DNA of 64,000 bases from Treponema sp. (GCA_031257195.1 JAIRPD010000135.1:714-64713), one strand, 5' to 3'. Positions 46,599 through 57,033 are shown, counted from the stretch's first letter. The notes: a model not told the origin generated them from the letters alone. A program made the numbers and translations.

Positions 46599-47680
46599 CG
46601 GCCGGTTCCCAAAACCGTGTTCTCTATTTCCTCAAGCTGTTTACGGTAAAGCTGGGCGATATTGGAGCCATAATCGGCGATAAGCTGGATAATGTTCCGG
46701 GGGCGTTCGGGCAGATCGCCGCCGTTGATCCGGTCCCCCGCGTCCCCCAGTCCGGGCAGTATATAGGCCAGATCGTTCAGCGCCGGATCCATCCAAAGGG
46801 TATAAACGCTGCAGTTTTCCAGGGCCCGCACCACCCTAAGAGCGCCTTTAAGGGCGGCGATCACGTTAACAAACCGCACCGACCGGGGTTTAATCCCCTC
46901 CCCCAGCAGATACTTAACCACCGTCACCAGGCTTCCCCCGGTGGCGTTCATCGGATCGGCGAAGATCAGGTCCTTGCCATCCAGGGCCTCAAGGTTGAAG
47001 TAGGACCGGCCCAGGTCCAGGATATACTCCATGTCGTTTTCGCGCTTCGACTCGTCCCGGTTGATCTTGAAAAGCGCGAAGGGGGTAACATAACCGTGGG
47101 AAGAATACTCCTCAATTTCCTTGGAAAGAATCATTGAGGGAAGCAACGCCCCCCGGAGCATGACGCACATCACGGTATTCTCGATTTTGTCGTCAATGTT
47201 GTTGATCTTGTGGATAGCGAAATTCGGCGCCGGCACGCTGACCGGGGTTTGAACCACCATGTAATTTTTATTGGAACTGGGGGTACCCCCATAGGCGAGC
47301 TTAAAGAGCATCTCATAGGCCCGTTGCACATAGTACACAAACTCCCCCTGCCTGGTACGGTAATCCCGGAGTTTGGCTATCACCCTGGAGGCTTCCGGGT
47401 GGCTTTCATGGGGGGTTAGAAACGAATAGACCTGTATCCCCGGCTCTTCTTTACAGAGATCCCGCATCAGGGTCCCCATTTCATTGTAGAGCTTGATCAG
47501 GGTTTTCTCTTCCCCCTCGCGTTCCGGCCCGGGCCCGGCGGTGGAAAGAACGTTGAAACAGGCCAGGGCCTTCCGGTAGCGGTCATCCATCAGGGCGATA
47601 TGGGCCTTATCGGCGTCGGTTAAAAAACCATCCAGGTCCTCCGCTTTTAAAATAACTTTATCCATGCCGGCGTTTCCCAT
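46595..47680 (-). CDS. upp: uracil phosphoribosyltransferase-like protein with an N-terminal extension
   Basis: PRPP loop LIFADPMNATGGS and C-terminal YILPGLGDAGDRING are UPRT signatures. 361 aa, against ~210 for a canonical Upp. Confidence 0.7.
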   Translation of the reverse strand: MGNAGMDKVILKAEDLDGFLTDADKAHIALMDDRYRKALACFNVLSTAGPGPEREGEEKTLIKLYNEMGTLMRDLCKEEPGIQVYSFLTPHESHPEASRVIAKLRDYRTRQGEFVYYVQRAYEMLFKLAYGGTPSSNKNYMVVQTPVSVPAPNFAIHKINNIDDKIENTVMCVMLRGALLPSMILSKEIEEYSSHGYVTPFALFKINRDESKRENDMEYILDLGRSYFNLEALDGKDLIFADPMNATGGSLVTVVKYLLGEGIKPRSVRFVNVIAALKGALRVVRALENCSVYTLWMDPALNDLAYILPGLGDAGDRINGGDLPERPRNIIQLIADYGSNIAQLYRKQLEEIENTVLGTGR

Positions 47681-47727
47681 CGTTAATTAAATTAAAGGGT
47701 TATGGAAAGACTTTGTCAACAGGACCC

Positions 47728-48930
47728 TCACCCGCCGGCCTGAACCCGCTGGTCCCCGATTTCCGGTATCCGGTCCAGCCTGGGGTTCCGCAGTTGATCC
47801 GCCGAGCGGCCTCTCCATTCCCCCTGCCCCCGGTCCCTTAAAAAGGCCCAAATCTCCCGGGCGGAGGCGCTTTTCCCTCCCGCGTAGAGGGAATTGGCCA
47901 AATAGTACAGGGTTCTAAAGTATTCGGTTTCGGCGATAAAAGCTAGGAGATCCCGCCGGGGCCGCACGTCATCCATAAGCCGCTCCAGGCCGGTAAAGGT
48001 ATAGTCGTAGGCGTTCTTCTTTAACGCCTCGATAATCAGGGTATTCTGGATCAGCGCGGCGAAGAGCAGATGTTCCGCCGCCCGGGTATGCCGTCCGTAG
48101 GCGTAATAGTACAACCCCAGCCGCCGGTGGGCCTTTTCCACCATGGGGACGTTATGGCGAAAAAGAAGCAAAAACCGGTCAATCCCGTTGGTTTCCAGGC
48201 TCCGCGTCATGTTGGACCTGGTAAAAGATTCCCGGCTCCAGAGGGCGTCGGCCTTAAGAATATCCTCCAGGATGGTTACCATTTCGGTATACTCGGTCCG
48301 GACCCGTCTAAGGTCCGCCGTTTTGTACCGGATCTCCGTGTCAAAACCCGGGGTTTCCAGCAGGTCCCGGTGGTCGTAGGCCTTTTGGTACTGCGATAAG
48401 GCGACGCCCAGCTCCCCCTCGGCCCTATATACTTCCCCTATCCAGTACTCCGCCTCCGGATAGATTTTAAGTTTCTGGATTTCCCTCAACGCCGCCTGGG
48501 CGGAATTGTTTAAGCGCCGCTTGGGAACCCGGTAGTACAACTCCTTGAGGGCCTCGGCGGCGTCGGTACGAAATTCCCGCTCAATGTACACCTCCACCAA
48601 GCCCAAATCGTCCCCCAGGCGTCTCACCTCGTGGATCGACAAAAGGACGATCAGGTCCTTTTCCATCTTGGCGTAGTAGTTTTTTCTGTTTTCCCGGGCG
48701 TCCTCAAAGGCCCGGAGGGCGTCCCCGTAGGCCCCATTCCGAAAGTACCGTTTTCCCTCTTCCAGGGTATGCCACCAGGGATCCTGCCGCCGCTGGGCCG
48801 TCCGGCTTTCCTGGGCCGTCCAGTTTTGCCGCGTCAGTCCGCCTTGGGCCCCCAGGGGCGCGAGGAGGAGGACGCCGTAGATAAACGCGGCCAGATACAG
48901 GCGGGGTTTACGGCGTTCCGGTCCCGTCAT
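47728..48930 (-). CDS. secreted helical-repeat (TPR-like) protein
   Basis: Signal peptide LYLAAFIYGVLLLAPLGAQG. Repeats such as GAYGDALRAFEDA and AEYWIGEVYRAEGELGVALSQYQKA. 23-nt overlap with the ispG 3' end. Confidence 0.6.
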   Translation of the reverse strand: MTGPERRKPRLYLAAFIYGVLLLAPLGAQGGLTRQNWTAQESRTAQRRQDPWWHTLEEGKRYFRNGAYGDALRAFEDARENRKNYYAKMEKDLIVLLSIHEVRRLGDDLGLVEVYIEREFRTDAAEALKELYYRVPKRRLNNSAQAALREIQKLKIYPEAEYWIGEVYRAEGELGVALSQYQKAYDHRDLLETPGFDTEIRYKTADLRRVRTEYTEMVTILEDILKADALWSRESFTRSNMTRSLETNGIDRFLLLFRHNVPMVEKAHRRLGLYYYAYGRHTRAAEHLLFAALIQNTLIIEALKKNAYDYTFTGLERLMDDVRPRRDLLAFIAETEYFRTLYYLANSLYAGGKSASAREIWAFLRDRGQGEWRGRSADQLRNPRLDRIPEIGDQRVQAGG

Positions 48931-50035
48931 AGCGTTCCATCATTTTCATCAACTCCTCCTCAAAGGCCGCGTCCGCCCCGGCGGCTTCCACGGTCCTGAT
49001 GATCCGCCCCCGGGCGAAGATCAGCACCTTGTTTCCCGCCCCGGTAACGCCCAGATCGGCGTGCTTCGCCTCCTCCGGACCGTTAACGGCGCAACCCATG
49101 ACAGCCACGGTAAGGTTCCTGTCCAGGGCGTAGAGCCTTTCCTTCCATCGTCCGGTAAAACCCAGGCTGTCAAAGCCGTACCTGCCGCAGCGGGGGCAGG
49201 ACACAATGATCACCCCGGGCCGCCCAAACCGGGCCGCCCCCTCCCCCGCCGCGCCGGCCATATCCCGGGCGGCGTTGAGGATCTCCCGGCCGGCGATCAC
49301 CTCGTTTTCCGGGGTGTCCGAAAGCGACACCCGGATCGTGTCGGCGAGCCCCTCCGCCAACAGGGGAAGGAGGGCGGCGGCGTTCCTCACCGTTCCCGCC
49401 ACCAGGGGGCCCGCCTCGGTAACCCCCACGTGGAGGGGCGGCATGGACGCCCCCCCGAAACGGGCGGCAAAAAGCCTGTTCGCCTTTACAGTATCGGCAA
49501 TTCCGGCGGCTTTCATAGATACCGCCACATTATCAAAACCAAATCGCCTAAAAATAGCCAGTTCCCGTTCCGCGGCTTCCACCAGGGCCAGCGCCCGGGC
49601 CTCGGCCCGGTCAGACCCTTCCTTTTCGAGGCGCTTACGCAGATCCAAGGGCAGGCTCCCGGCGTTTACCCCTATCCTGATGGGAATATTCTTGCCCGCG
49701 GCCTTTTCAAGCACCCCGCGAACCCGGTCGGGGCCGCCAATATTGCCTGGATTTATCCGTAACTTGGCGATGGGAAAATCCAGGCAACGAAGGGCTATTT
49801 TATGGTCAAAGTGAATATCCGCGCAAAAGGGCACGGGGGACCCCCTGGCGGCCAATTCTCCCAGAATTTCAGCGGCCTCCAGGTCGGGAACGGCGAAACG
49901 GAGGATGCCGCATCCCATGCGGGCCAGACGCTCAACGCGCCGGACCAGGGCGGCGCCGGCTTCCCCCCGGATACCGGCGAAAGAAAGGCGATCTTTCCAC
50001 ATGGTCTGGATAACCACGGGAGAATCCCCACCCAA
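48908..50035 (-). CDS. ispG: 4-hydroxy-3-methylbut-2-en-1-yl diphosphate synthase
   Basis: GGDSPVVIQTM, ADIHFDH, RINPGNIG, SCPRCGR, MGCAVNGPEEAKHADLGVTG. Coordinates use the first canonical (TTG) start. A conserved RxxSRTLTVG segment is encoded in-frame upstream. Confidence 0.9.
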   Translation of the reverse strand: MGGDSPVVIQTMWKDRLSFAGIRGEAGAALVRRVERLARMGCGILRFAVPDLEAAEILGELAARGSPVPFCADIHFDHKIALRCLDFPIAKLRINPGNIGGPDRVRGVLEKAAGKNIPIRIGVNAGSLPLDLRKRLEKEGSDRAEARALALVEAAERELAIFRRFGFDNVAVSMKAAGIADTVKANRLFAARFGGASMPPLHVGVTEAGPLVAGTVRNAAALLPLLAEGLADTIRVSLSDTPENEVIAGREILNAARDMAGAAGEGAARFGRPGVIIVSCPRCGRYGFDSLGFTGRWKERLYALDRNLTVAVMGCAVNGPEEAKHADLGVTGAGNKVLIFARGRIIRTVEAAGADAAFEEELMKMMERYDGTGTP

Positions 50036-50104
50036 TGGTACGGGTTTAATCGAGTTAAACCCGCCAACCGTCAGGGTCCTGGAAATGTTCCGCCCCCGTA
50101 ATCC

Positions 50105-50539
50105 CTAGGCGATAAGCATGGCAAAGACCATGACAAAGAGGGCCACGGTTTCACAAAGACCGATGATCAGCATATAGTTGCCAAAGCCCTGCTCGGTTTC
50201 CGCGTAGGCGTCCGAGGCGGAAGCCGAACATTTTCCCTGGGCAAAGGCGGAGGCGCCCATGGCGATTCCCGCGAAAACCCCAATCCCCAGAAGCTGAAAG
50301 CCGCTGAGCCGCTCCGTGGCGGCGAGGACATTCATTAAAATAAAACCGTAAATAGTCTGGGTCAAGGGAGCGCCGGCAAAGGCCACCAAAATGAAAGGCA
50401 CCGGCTTGTTTTGTATAAAACACTTTTTCCAGGCCCCAATGGCGGCCATTCCCGCCGCCCCGGCCCCACCCGCCGATCCCAGGGCGGCAAGCCCCAGGCA
50501 GGCTCCAATTCCAATCTCGCCAACTAAACCAGCTTCCAT
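50105..50539 (-). CDS. atpK: V-type ATP synthase subunit K (proteolipid)
   Basis: 144-aa four-TM Gly/Ala-rich proteolipid with a membrane-embedded Glu (GLCETVALF). Confidence 0.88.
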   Translation of the reverse strand: MEAGLVGEIGIGACLGLAALGSAGGAGAAGMAAIGAWKKCFIQNKPVPFILVAFAGAPLTQTIYGFILMNVLAATERLSGFQLLGIGVFAGIAMGASAFAQGKCSASASDAYAETEQGFGNYMLIIGLCETVALFVMVFAMLIA

Positions 50540-50558
50540 AGACAGCTCCTTATACGAT

Positions 50559-52544
50559 TCAAATTTCGTTTTTCTTTTGCCTTAACGCAAAAGGATTGTA
50601 CGCGTAACCGGACCATTCCATCCCCAGATGGTTGCCGGCGTATTCCAAGAGATTAAGCCGCACCCCGTGAACCACCACGGAAAGGGCGTTCATAACGATA
50701 TTGAGGCCATGGCCAAAGATCAAGATCAGCGCCGCGGCGAAGACCCTGAGGATCAGCCCCGCGCTAAAATCAACTCCCCCAAAGCCCCCCGCCGGAATGG
50801 CCATGGAGTTAAAACTCTGGGCGATGATGCTCCCCGCGAGGCCCACGGCGAAAAGGCGGATGTAGCTGATAATATCCGCGAAACTCCCCACGGCGTTTAA
50901 AAAAATCGAGAGAAAGTTGGAAAAACTTTTTCCGATATTTCTAAAAAAGTTTCCCCCATTCTGCTCCGCGAAGATGAAATAAAGAACCAGGCCCCCGCCG
51001 ATAAGCCAAACGGCAAAGGGGGGCATAGGAATTTTAAGGAGCATGAAAAGCACCAGGAAGTAAAGACCGATCATCATAACCAGCCAGCCCGCCTGGGCGA
51101 AGGCGGTTAAAGAAGGCAGAAGCTTCTTAACATTCTTGCCCCGCCCCCAGATCAACTGGGCGGCCCCCACGGTAAAACACAGAAACTGTATATTCCACCG
51201 GGTCTTCAGATCGTCCATGGGGATCTCCGCGGGCAGGTTAAAGACCTTCCGCAAACCAGGGGGAAAGGGAACCAGGGGACCGGTATTGTCAAAGGGGGGA
51301 ATGATCAGGGCCCGCAAAAAAGACGGCAGTTGTTCCACCGGCGCGGCGAACCAGGAGCCGGTAGCGGCCCCCCAGGCCACGGTACAAAACGAGAGAAGCA
51401 TAAAGAGCTTGGCCGCGTCGGGGAACCCCGCGCCTTTAACGTTTCTGTTCTTGCTTTTTATGGCCAGCCCCGCCGCCAGAGAGGCGGCAAAGAGCAGAAT
51501 CCCATAGGCGGCGTCGCCGAAGATCATGGCGAAGAAGAGACAGAAAAAAATCAGATACGAGTTGCTGATGTCGTATTCCCTGTACCCCGGCACCGTACCC
51601 AAAAAGGAAAACAGTGGATGGACAATCCGTACCGCGGGGTTGCTTTTTACCAGCGTCGGCGGGCGGTCATCCGGGCCGGGGTCCTGGGAGACCAGGGCCC
51701 AGCCGTTCTCCGCCGCCGCCCGGATAAGGACCCCTAAACGATCCCGGGGAACAAAGCCGGTGATCCATGAAATGGTAGACTCCACGGGAATCTCTTCCAG
51801 GGTTTCCATTCCCGCCCGGGCGGTCTCGAACTCAATCCGCTCCCGCAGTTCCCCCTCCTCCCGATCCAGGCTCTTCCGCTCCAGGGCCAGAACCGCCATT
51901 TCCTGTTCCGCGGCGGCGATATCGGCCTTAATGTTCCCGATCAACAATTCCACTTCGGCGAGGGAACGCGGGGGCGGGGCGAAGGGCGAAACGCCGGGAA
52001 TATCCCCCGCCTCGCCGGAAGTCTCCCCGCCGCCGGGGGCGTCAAGTCCCTTTACCAGCAGGGCGCGGACAACCCGTTTGTCCCGGGAAAGCGGCAAGAG
52101 TTTTACTTCCCCCCCCAGGGAGTCATATATTTTTAAGGGAATTTCATAGGGAATCAGGGTAAGGCCGTGTTTCTCAATTAAGGACAGGTCCGCCGGATCA
52201 AAATTTCCCCAGGCCTCTATACGGCGTTTTTCTTTAACCTGGTGAAGGAGCGACTCCTGGAGCGTTTTTATCCGCTCCGCCAGCCGTAGTACCCGCGGGA
52301 CCGTTTCTTCCGGCTTTCCCCGGCCCGAAGCGTCCGGGGAAAGCTCCTCCTCCGTCCGGTAACGCCGCAGTAAACCCTTGGCCTTTCCCAGGTCGGAACG
52401 CCGGCCCACAAGGGCGCCCAGGGAATCGGAGGAAACATTTTTCCTTTCCAGGTGCAATACGCCGACTTCCCGAAGTTTTTCCAAAGAAGCGGTCCAATCC
52501 CTCTCCGTAACGACAAGGGACACCTTTTTCATAGGAACTATCAT
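50559..52544 (-). CDS. atpI: V-type ATP synthase subunit I
   Basis: 661 aa. Soluble coiled N-terminal half plus a polytopic C-terminal half (...SYIRLFAVGLAG..., HGLNIVMNALSVVVHGVRLNLLEY). Confidence 0.88.
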   Translation of the reverse strand: MIVPMKKVSLVVTERDWTASLEKLREVGVLHLERKNVSSDSLGALVGRRSDLGKAKGLLRRYRTEEELSPDASGRGKPEETVPRVLRLAERIKTLQESLLHQVKEKRRIEAWGNFDPADLSLIEKHGLTLIPYEIPLKIYDSLGGEVKLLPLSRDKRVVRALLVKGLDAPGGGETSGEAGDIPGVSPFAPPPRSLAEVELLIGNIKADIAAAEQEMAVLALERKSLDREEGELRERIEFETARAGMETLEEIPVESTISWITGFVPRDRLGVLIRAAAENGWALVSQDPGPDDRPPTLVKSNPAVRIVHPLFSFLGTVPGYREYDISNSYLIFFCLFFAMIFGDAAYGILLFAASLAAGLAIKSKNRNVKGAGFPDAAKLFMLLSFCTVAWGAATGSWFAAPVEQLPSFLRALIIPPFDNTGPLVPFPPGLRKVFNLPAEIPMDDLKTRWNIQFLCFTVGAAQLIWGRGKNVKKLLPSLTAFAQAGWLVMMIGLYFLVLFMLLKIPMPPFAVWLIGGGLVLYFIFAEQNGGNFFRNIGKSFSNFLSIFLNAVGSFADIISYIRLFAVGLAGSIIAQSFNSMAIPAGGFGGVDFSAGLILRVFAAALILIFGHGLNIVMNALSVVVHGVRLNLLEYAGNHLGMEWSGYAYNPFALRQKKNEI

Positions 52545-52589
52545 TACTAAAGCCTCTCCAACCTCACGGCCTTAATTATCATAAAATAC

Positions 52590-52617
52590 AGTATACACAA
52601 AACACCGAAAAGATCAA
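52590..52617 (-). promoter_or_regulatory. candidate internal sigma-70 promoter upstream of atpI
   Basis: On the minus strand: TTGATC, 16-nt spacer, TATACT, inside the 169-nt atpD-atpI gap. GGAGAGG lies ahead of the atpI ATG. Confidence 0.3.
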
Positions 52618-52713
52618 GGGGCTTTTTCCCGCCGCCCCCGCCTCAGGGAGTTTGGCCGGGGCCCCGATCCGATCCCGTACCGCCACCGGTACCTTTTCCA
52701 CCGGCGCGATCAT

Positions 52714-53316
52714 CTAGTTCGCCGCCCTTTCCAGTCCGCTTTTAGCGATCTTGCCCCGAACCACCGCGGAAGTCTGCTGATCCCCCAGGTACACCTGAAT
52801 TTTTTTAATATTCCCCCTGGTTTCGGGAATTTTGATCTTCTCGAAAAGATTAACCCGCTGGGTGGTAACCCGCAGTTCATGGTCCAGCCGCCGGCGCTGT
52901 TCCTCCACTATTTGGGCCTCCAGATCCAGAAGGATCACCTGTTTCATCTTTTCCACCGCGACATCAAGCCACAGGGGAGTCCGGGCCAGATCATAGGGGG
53001 CGGTTATAAATTCGGCGCCCTGAAAAATCGGGATCGCCACGCCGGCGATGTTTCCCTGGGTGGTTTTAATCCGGCTGATCCTGAGGATCCCCGGGGTAAA
53101 GATCCCCTTTTCCCCAAAAACCCCCACCCAGTTTTTAAAAGCCTCGTCAAGCTCTTCCTTTTCGGCCCGAAGATCCTTGATTCGCAGTTCGGTAGTCCGT
53201 ATCTCTCCCTGGAGCTGCTGTTTTTTTAACATCAGCGTAGGCAGATAGCGCTTATACATCTTAAGGGAGTCTTTTTGCTTTTTCAGCTCATTTTTGGTGA
53301 GCTTTATCTTTGCCAT
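52714..53316 (-). CDS. atpD: V-type ATP synthase subunit D
   Basis: 200-aa coiled-coil protein (KLTKNELKKQKDSLKMYKRYLPTLMLKKQQLQ...) located between B and I. Confidence 0.85.
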   Translation of the reverse strand: MAKIKLTKNELKKQKDSLKMYKRYLPTLMLKKQQLQGEIRTTELRIKDLRAEKEELDEAFKNWVGVFGEKGIFTPGILRISRIKTTQGNIAGVAIPIFQGAEFITAPYDLARTPLWLDVAVEKMKQVILLDLEAQIVEEQRRRLDHELRVTTQRVNLFEKIKIPETRGNIKKIQVYLGDQQTSAVVRGKIAKSGLERAAN

Positions 53317-53341
53317 CGCTCATCCTTGGGAACTCTTCCCG

Positions 53342-54640
53342 CTAGTCCTTCTTAGGCCAGAACTTGCTAATCAGCTCGGTCCGCAGCCCCGTTTCCTCGG
53401 GGCTGAAACAATCGGCCAGGATCTCCCAGCCCAGGTCCAGGGCCTTTTCCAGAGGGATGTTAACCGAAAGGTCCATCATCTTCCGCTCAAAGAGTTCGCC
53501 ATACTTAAGGAGCTTTTCGTCCCAGGCCGTCATGATAAAGCCCATGGCTTTCTTTTCCAGCGTATCCTTGTAGGCGGAGTAAAGCTTAATCATACCGTCC
53601 ATCAAGGCCCGGTGATCCGCCCTGGTTTTGCCGTTTACCTGTTGTTTAAGACGGGAAAGGGAGCCAAAGGGCTCAATACGTCCATTTTTAAGGTAGTATT
53701 GGCCCTCGGTAATGTACCCGGTGTTGTCCGGTACCGGATGGGTTACATCGTCGCCGGGCATGGTGGTTACGCCGAGGATCGTGATCGACCCGGCGCTCTC
53801 AAAGTCCACGGCCTTTTCGTAGCGGCTGGCGAGCTGGCTGTAGAGATCGCCGGGATAGCCGCGGTTGGAGGGAACCTGCTCCTGGATAATAGAGATTTCC
53901 TTCAGCGCGTCGGAAAAGTTTGTCATATCGGTAAGGAGAACCAGCACGCCTTTACCCTGCAAGGCGAACTGCTCGGCCACCGCAAGCGACATATCGGGGA
54001 TCATCAGGCATTCCACCGTGGGGTCGCTGGCGGTATGGACAAACATTACCGTGCGGCTTAGGGCGCCCCCTTCTTCCAGGGTATCCTTAAAGTACAGGTA
54101 ATCATCGTATTTTAAACCCATGCCCCCCAGGATGATTACGTCAACCTCCGCCTGCATGGCGATCCGGGCCAGAAGCTCGTTGTAGGGTTCCCCGGAAACG
54201 GAGAAGATCGGCAGCTTTTGGGACACCACCAGGGTGTTAAAAAGGTCGATCATGGGGATGCCCGTCCGGATCATCCGCTGGGGAATGATCCGCTGGGCGG
54301 GATTAACCGAGGGTCCGCCTATGGGGATCAGGTTATCGTGGAGCGCCGGCCCGTTGTCCCGGGGGGCCCCGGAACCGGAAAAGACCCGGCCCATGAGGTT
54401 TTCACTAAAGGGAACCCGCATGGGATGACCCAGGAAGCGAACCGTGTCGCCGGTGGAAATACCCCGGCCCCCGGCGAAGACCTGAAGGGAAACGAGGTTG
54501 TCCTGGAGCCGGTTTACCTCCGCCAGGGAGGTGCCGAAGACGGTGTCCACCTCGGCCAAATCGCCGTAGCGGACCCCCTCGGCCCGGACCGTGATAACGC
54601 TTCCCGTGATGGATTCAATTTTACTATAGACCTTGTTCAT
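53342..54640 (-). CDS. atpB: V-type ATP synthase subunit B
   Basis: 432 aa. IPRGQK-like region, [36 protein letters not shown]. Confidence 0.93.
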   Translation of the reverse strand: MNKVYSKIESITGSVITVRAEGVRYGDLAEVDTVFGTSLAEVNRLQDNLVSLQVFAGGRGISTGDTVRFLGHPMRVPFSENLMGRVFSGSGAPRDNGPALHDNLIPIGGPSVNPAQRIIPQRMIRTGIPMIDLFNTLVVSQKLPIFSVSGEPYNELLARIAMQAEVDVIILGGMGLKYDDYLYFKDTLEEGGALSRTVMFVHTASDPTVECLMIPDMSLAVAEQFALQGKGVLVLLTDMTNFSDALKEISIIQEQVPSNRGYPGDLYSQLASRYEKAVDFESAGSITILGVTTMPGDDVTHPVPDNTGYITEGQYYLKNGRIEPFGSLSRLKQQVNGKTRADHRALMDGMIKLYSAYKDTLEKKAMGFIMTAWDEKLLKYGELFERKMMDLSVNIPLEKALDLGWEILADCFSPEETGLRTELISKFWPKKD

Positions 54641-54651
54641 AGCGCTCCGTC

Positions 54652-56412
54652 CTAGGCAATTATTTTTTCAGCGGCCTTATCCAGGCCCTCTGACTGTTTG
54701 TCCACCGCCTCCTCGATCTCCTTTTGCAGAGAAGCGAAGCGATCGCTGTTCCACTCAGACCCATTGTAGTCCAGGAATTTCTGCCTGAGCCGGTTGAACC
54801 AGGTCCGGGCCTCGTTTTTATCGGGAAAAGAGAACCGAGACGCCAGGATCCGCAGGAGTATGGCAAAGCAGTGTTCCTGCCGTTCGGGGCTTACCGCCGC
54901 GTCCACGGCGTCAAAGGAGTTCTGCTGGAAGTACACCGAGTCTATCAAATCCCCTTTAAGGTAGATCACATAGTCCTCTATGCTGGTTCCCTCCTCCCCC
55001 ACGACCTTCATCATCTGCTCCACCTCGCTGCCCCGGCGCATAAAACCATGGGCGTACCGGACCTTGCCGGCGTCGATAATGCCGCCGTACTTGGACCAGG
55101 AATCCAGGGGGTGGATGGCGGGGAACTTGCGGGCGTCGGACCGTTCCCGGCTCAGGCCGTGGAACGCGCCCACCACTTTAAGGGTCGCCTGGGTAACGGG
55201 CTCCTCAAAGTTACCGCCCGCGGGACTTACCGTGCCCCCTATGGTAACGGACCCCAAGGAACCGTCCTTAAGCCGCACAATACCGGCCCGTTCGTAGAAA
55301 CTGGCGATCGTGGATTCCAGGTAGGCGGGGAAGGCTTCCTCCCCGGGGATTTCTTCCAGACGGCCGGACATTTCCCGCATGGCCTGGGCCCAGCGGCTGG
55401 TGGAATCCGCGAGGAGCAGGACGTGCAGCCCCATCTGTCGGTAGTATTCCGCCAGGGTTACGGCGGTGTACACCGACGCTTCCCGGGCCGCCACGGGCAT
55501 GGAGGAGGTGTTACAGATAATGATGGTCCGCTCCATAAGGGAACGGCCCGTTTTGGGGTCCGTTAGCTCAGGAAATTCCTTCAGGGTCTCCACCACCTCA
55601 CCGGCCCGCTCACCGCAGGCGGCGATGATCACGATATCCACGTCGGCGTGGCGGCTGGTGATCTGCTGGAGGACCGTTTTACCCGCCCCAAAGGGGCCGG
55701 GAATACAGTAAGTGCCGCCCCGGGCCACGGGGAAGAAGGTATCGACAAGCCGAACCCGGGTAACCATGGGGTCCCTGGGCTTAAGCCGTTCCTCGTAGCA
55801 GTCCACCGCCCGTTTTACCGGCCAGCGGAACGAGAGGGTTACGGGAACGATATTTCCCTTCTCATCCTTTAGTTCCGCGATGGTGTCCCGAAGCCGGTAA
55901 GAACCGGGTCCCTTGATGGAGGCCACGGTATAGGAACCGTAGAGCCCAAAGGGGACCATGATCCGGTGGGTAAAGGCCCCTTCCGGCACCGTTCCCAGGG
56001 TATCGGCCCGTTCCACCGTATCCCCCACCTTCGCCGCGGGGGTAAACCGCCAGGGAATATCCGTGGACAGGGGGTCCAGATAAACCCCCCGTTCCAGGAA
56101 ATTACCCGCCACTTCCACCAGCTTGGGCAGGGGGTTCTGGAGGCCGTCGTAGACCTGTCCCAGAAGGCCGGGACCCACTTCCACGGCCAGCATGTCGCCG
56201 GTGTATTCCACCTGGTCTCCCACGGCGATTCCCTTGGTAATCTCGAAGACCTGGAGCTGGGATATGTCCCCCCGGATCCGGATAACCTCGCTCTTAAGCC
56301 GCTTGTCCGCGACCCTGACATAACCGACCTCGTTCATGGAAACGGCGCCGTCAAAACGGACACTCACCATATTACCGTTAACGGCTACCACAGTACCTTT
56401 TGTTCCGGTCAT
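54652..56412 (-). CDS. atpA: V-type ATP synthase catalytic subunit A
   Basis: Walker [10 protein letters not shown], plus [53 protein letters not shown]. Confidence 0.96.
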   Translation of the reverse strand: MTGTKGTVVAVNGNMVSVRFDGAVSMNEVGYVRVADKRLKSEVIRIRGDISQLQVFEITKGIAVGDQVEYTGDMLAVEVGPGLLGQVYDGLQNPLPKLVEVAGNFLERGVYLDPLSTDIPWRFTPAAKVGDTVERADTLGTVPEGAFTHRIMVPFGLYGSYTVASIKGPGSYRLRDTIAELKDEKGNIVPVTLSFRWPVKRAVDCYEERLKPRDPMVTRVRLVDTFFPVARGGTYCIPGPFGAGKTVLQQITSRHADVDIVIIAACGERAGEVVETLKEFPELTDPKTGRSLMERTIIICNTSSMPVAAREASVYTAVTLAEYYRQMGLHVLLLADSTSRWAQAMREMSGRLEEIPGEEAFPAYLESTIASFYERAGIVRLKDGSLGSVTIGGTVSPAGGNFEEPVTQATLKVVGAFHGLSRERSDARKFPAIHPLDSWSKYGGIIDAGKVRYAHGFMRRGSEVEQMMKVVGEEGTSIEDYVIYLKGDLIDSVYFQQNSFDAVDAAVSPERQEHCFAILLRILASRFSFPDKNEARTWFNRLRQKFLDYNGSEWNSDRFASLQKEIEEAVDKQSEGLDKAAEKIIA

Positions 56413-57029
56413 TTTGCCTCTCCCACGGGTGAGTCACCCGACCGCACGCTATCCAGAATCGTAGCGTACAGTGATTTATATTCCGTGAATCCCTCTTCCA
56501 CCTGAAATGCCTCCCGCCGCTCTAAAAGGAACAGCTTAAGCAGATAGGCGTAAATCGTGTTCCGGTCAAAGTAGTTGATCCCCTGTAGAACCTCAATGGC
56601 GTCCCACCGGGCCTTATCCAGAAGCAGTTCCGCTTCCAGGGGGGATTCGGCGGCGGCCGCGGCCTTTACCGCCGCGACCGCGGCGTCCGCCGGATGCGCG
56701 GGCGGTTCCACCGGGGCGTCCCCTTCCCGTTTTAGGCGCTGGGCCCGGTGCCGGGCCAGGTTAAGCCGCAGGGCCCGCTCCCATTCCCGCCAGCGATCGA
56801 TAAAACCACACCCCGAGGGGGGGGCGCTATCCGCGTAGGCGGGGCCGGAATCCCCCAAGGGGCCTTCCGCCCTTCCCCCCGGGTCCAGGCTCACCAGGTC
56901 CAACAGAACCTCGTCCCCCCCGTTCAGCAGGGGCCTGGCGAGATCCCGAAAAGCGGCGGAGGACATGGGGAGGGCCTGCCCATAGATGAGACAGGGAAGC
57001 TGGGACGCTAAATAATAGTACGATCCCAC
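56409..57029 (-). CDS. V-ATPase operon-associated protein, DUF2764-like
   Basis: 206 aa beginning MGSYYYLASQLPCL. Occupies the E-to-A slot held by an uncharacterised gene in Borrelia/Treponema-type V-ATPase operons. 4-nt overlap with atpA. Confidence 0.6.
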   Translation of the reverse strand: MGSYYYLASQLPCLIYGQALPMSSAAFRDLARPLLNGGDEVLLDLVSLDPGGRAEGPLGDSGPAYADSAPPSGCGFIDRWREWERALRLNLARHRAQRLKREGDAPVEPPAHPADAAVAAVKAAAAAESPLEAELLLDKARWDAIEVLQGINYFDRNTIYAYLLKLFLLERREAFQVEEGFTEYKSLYATILDSVRSGDSPVGEAK

Positions 57030-57033
57030 TTCA

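Noticed and set aside
52579-52713. 44-codon ORF after atpD, considered as a feature
   Set aside because: It is too short and compositionally ambiguous, and its 3' part coincides with a promoter-like AT-rich element. I kept it only as a finding to test.
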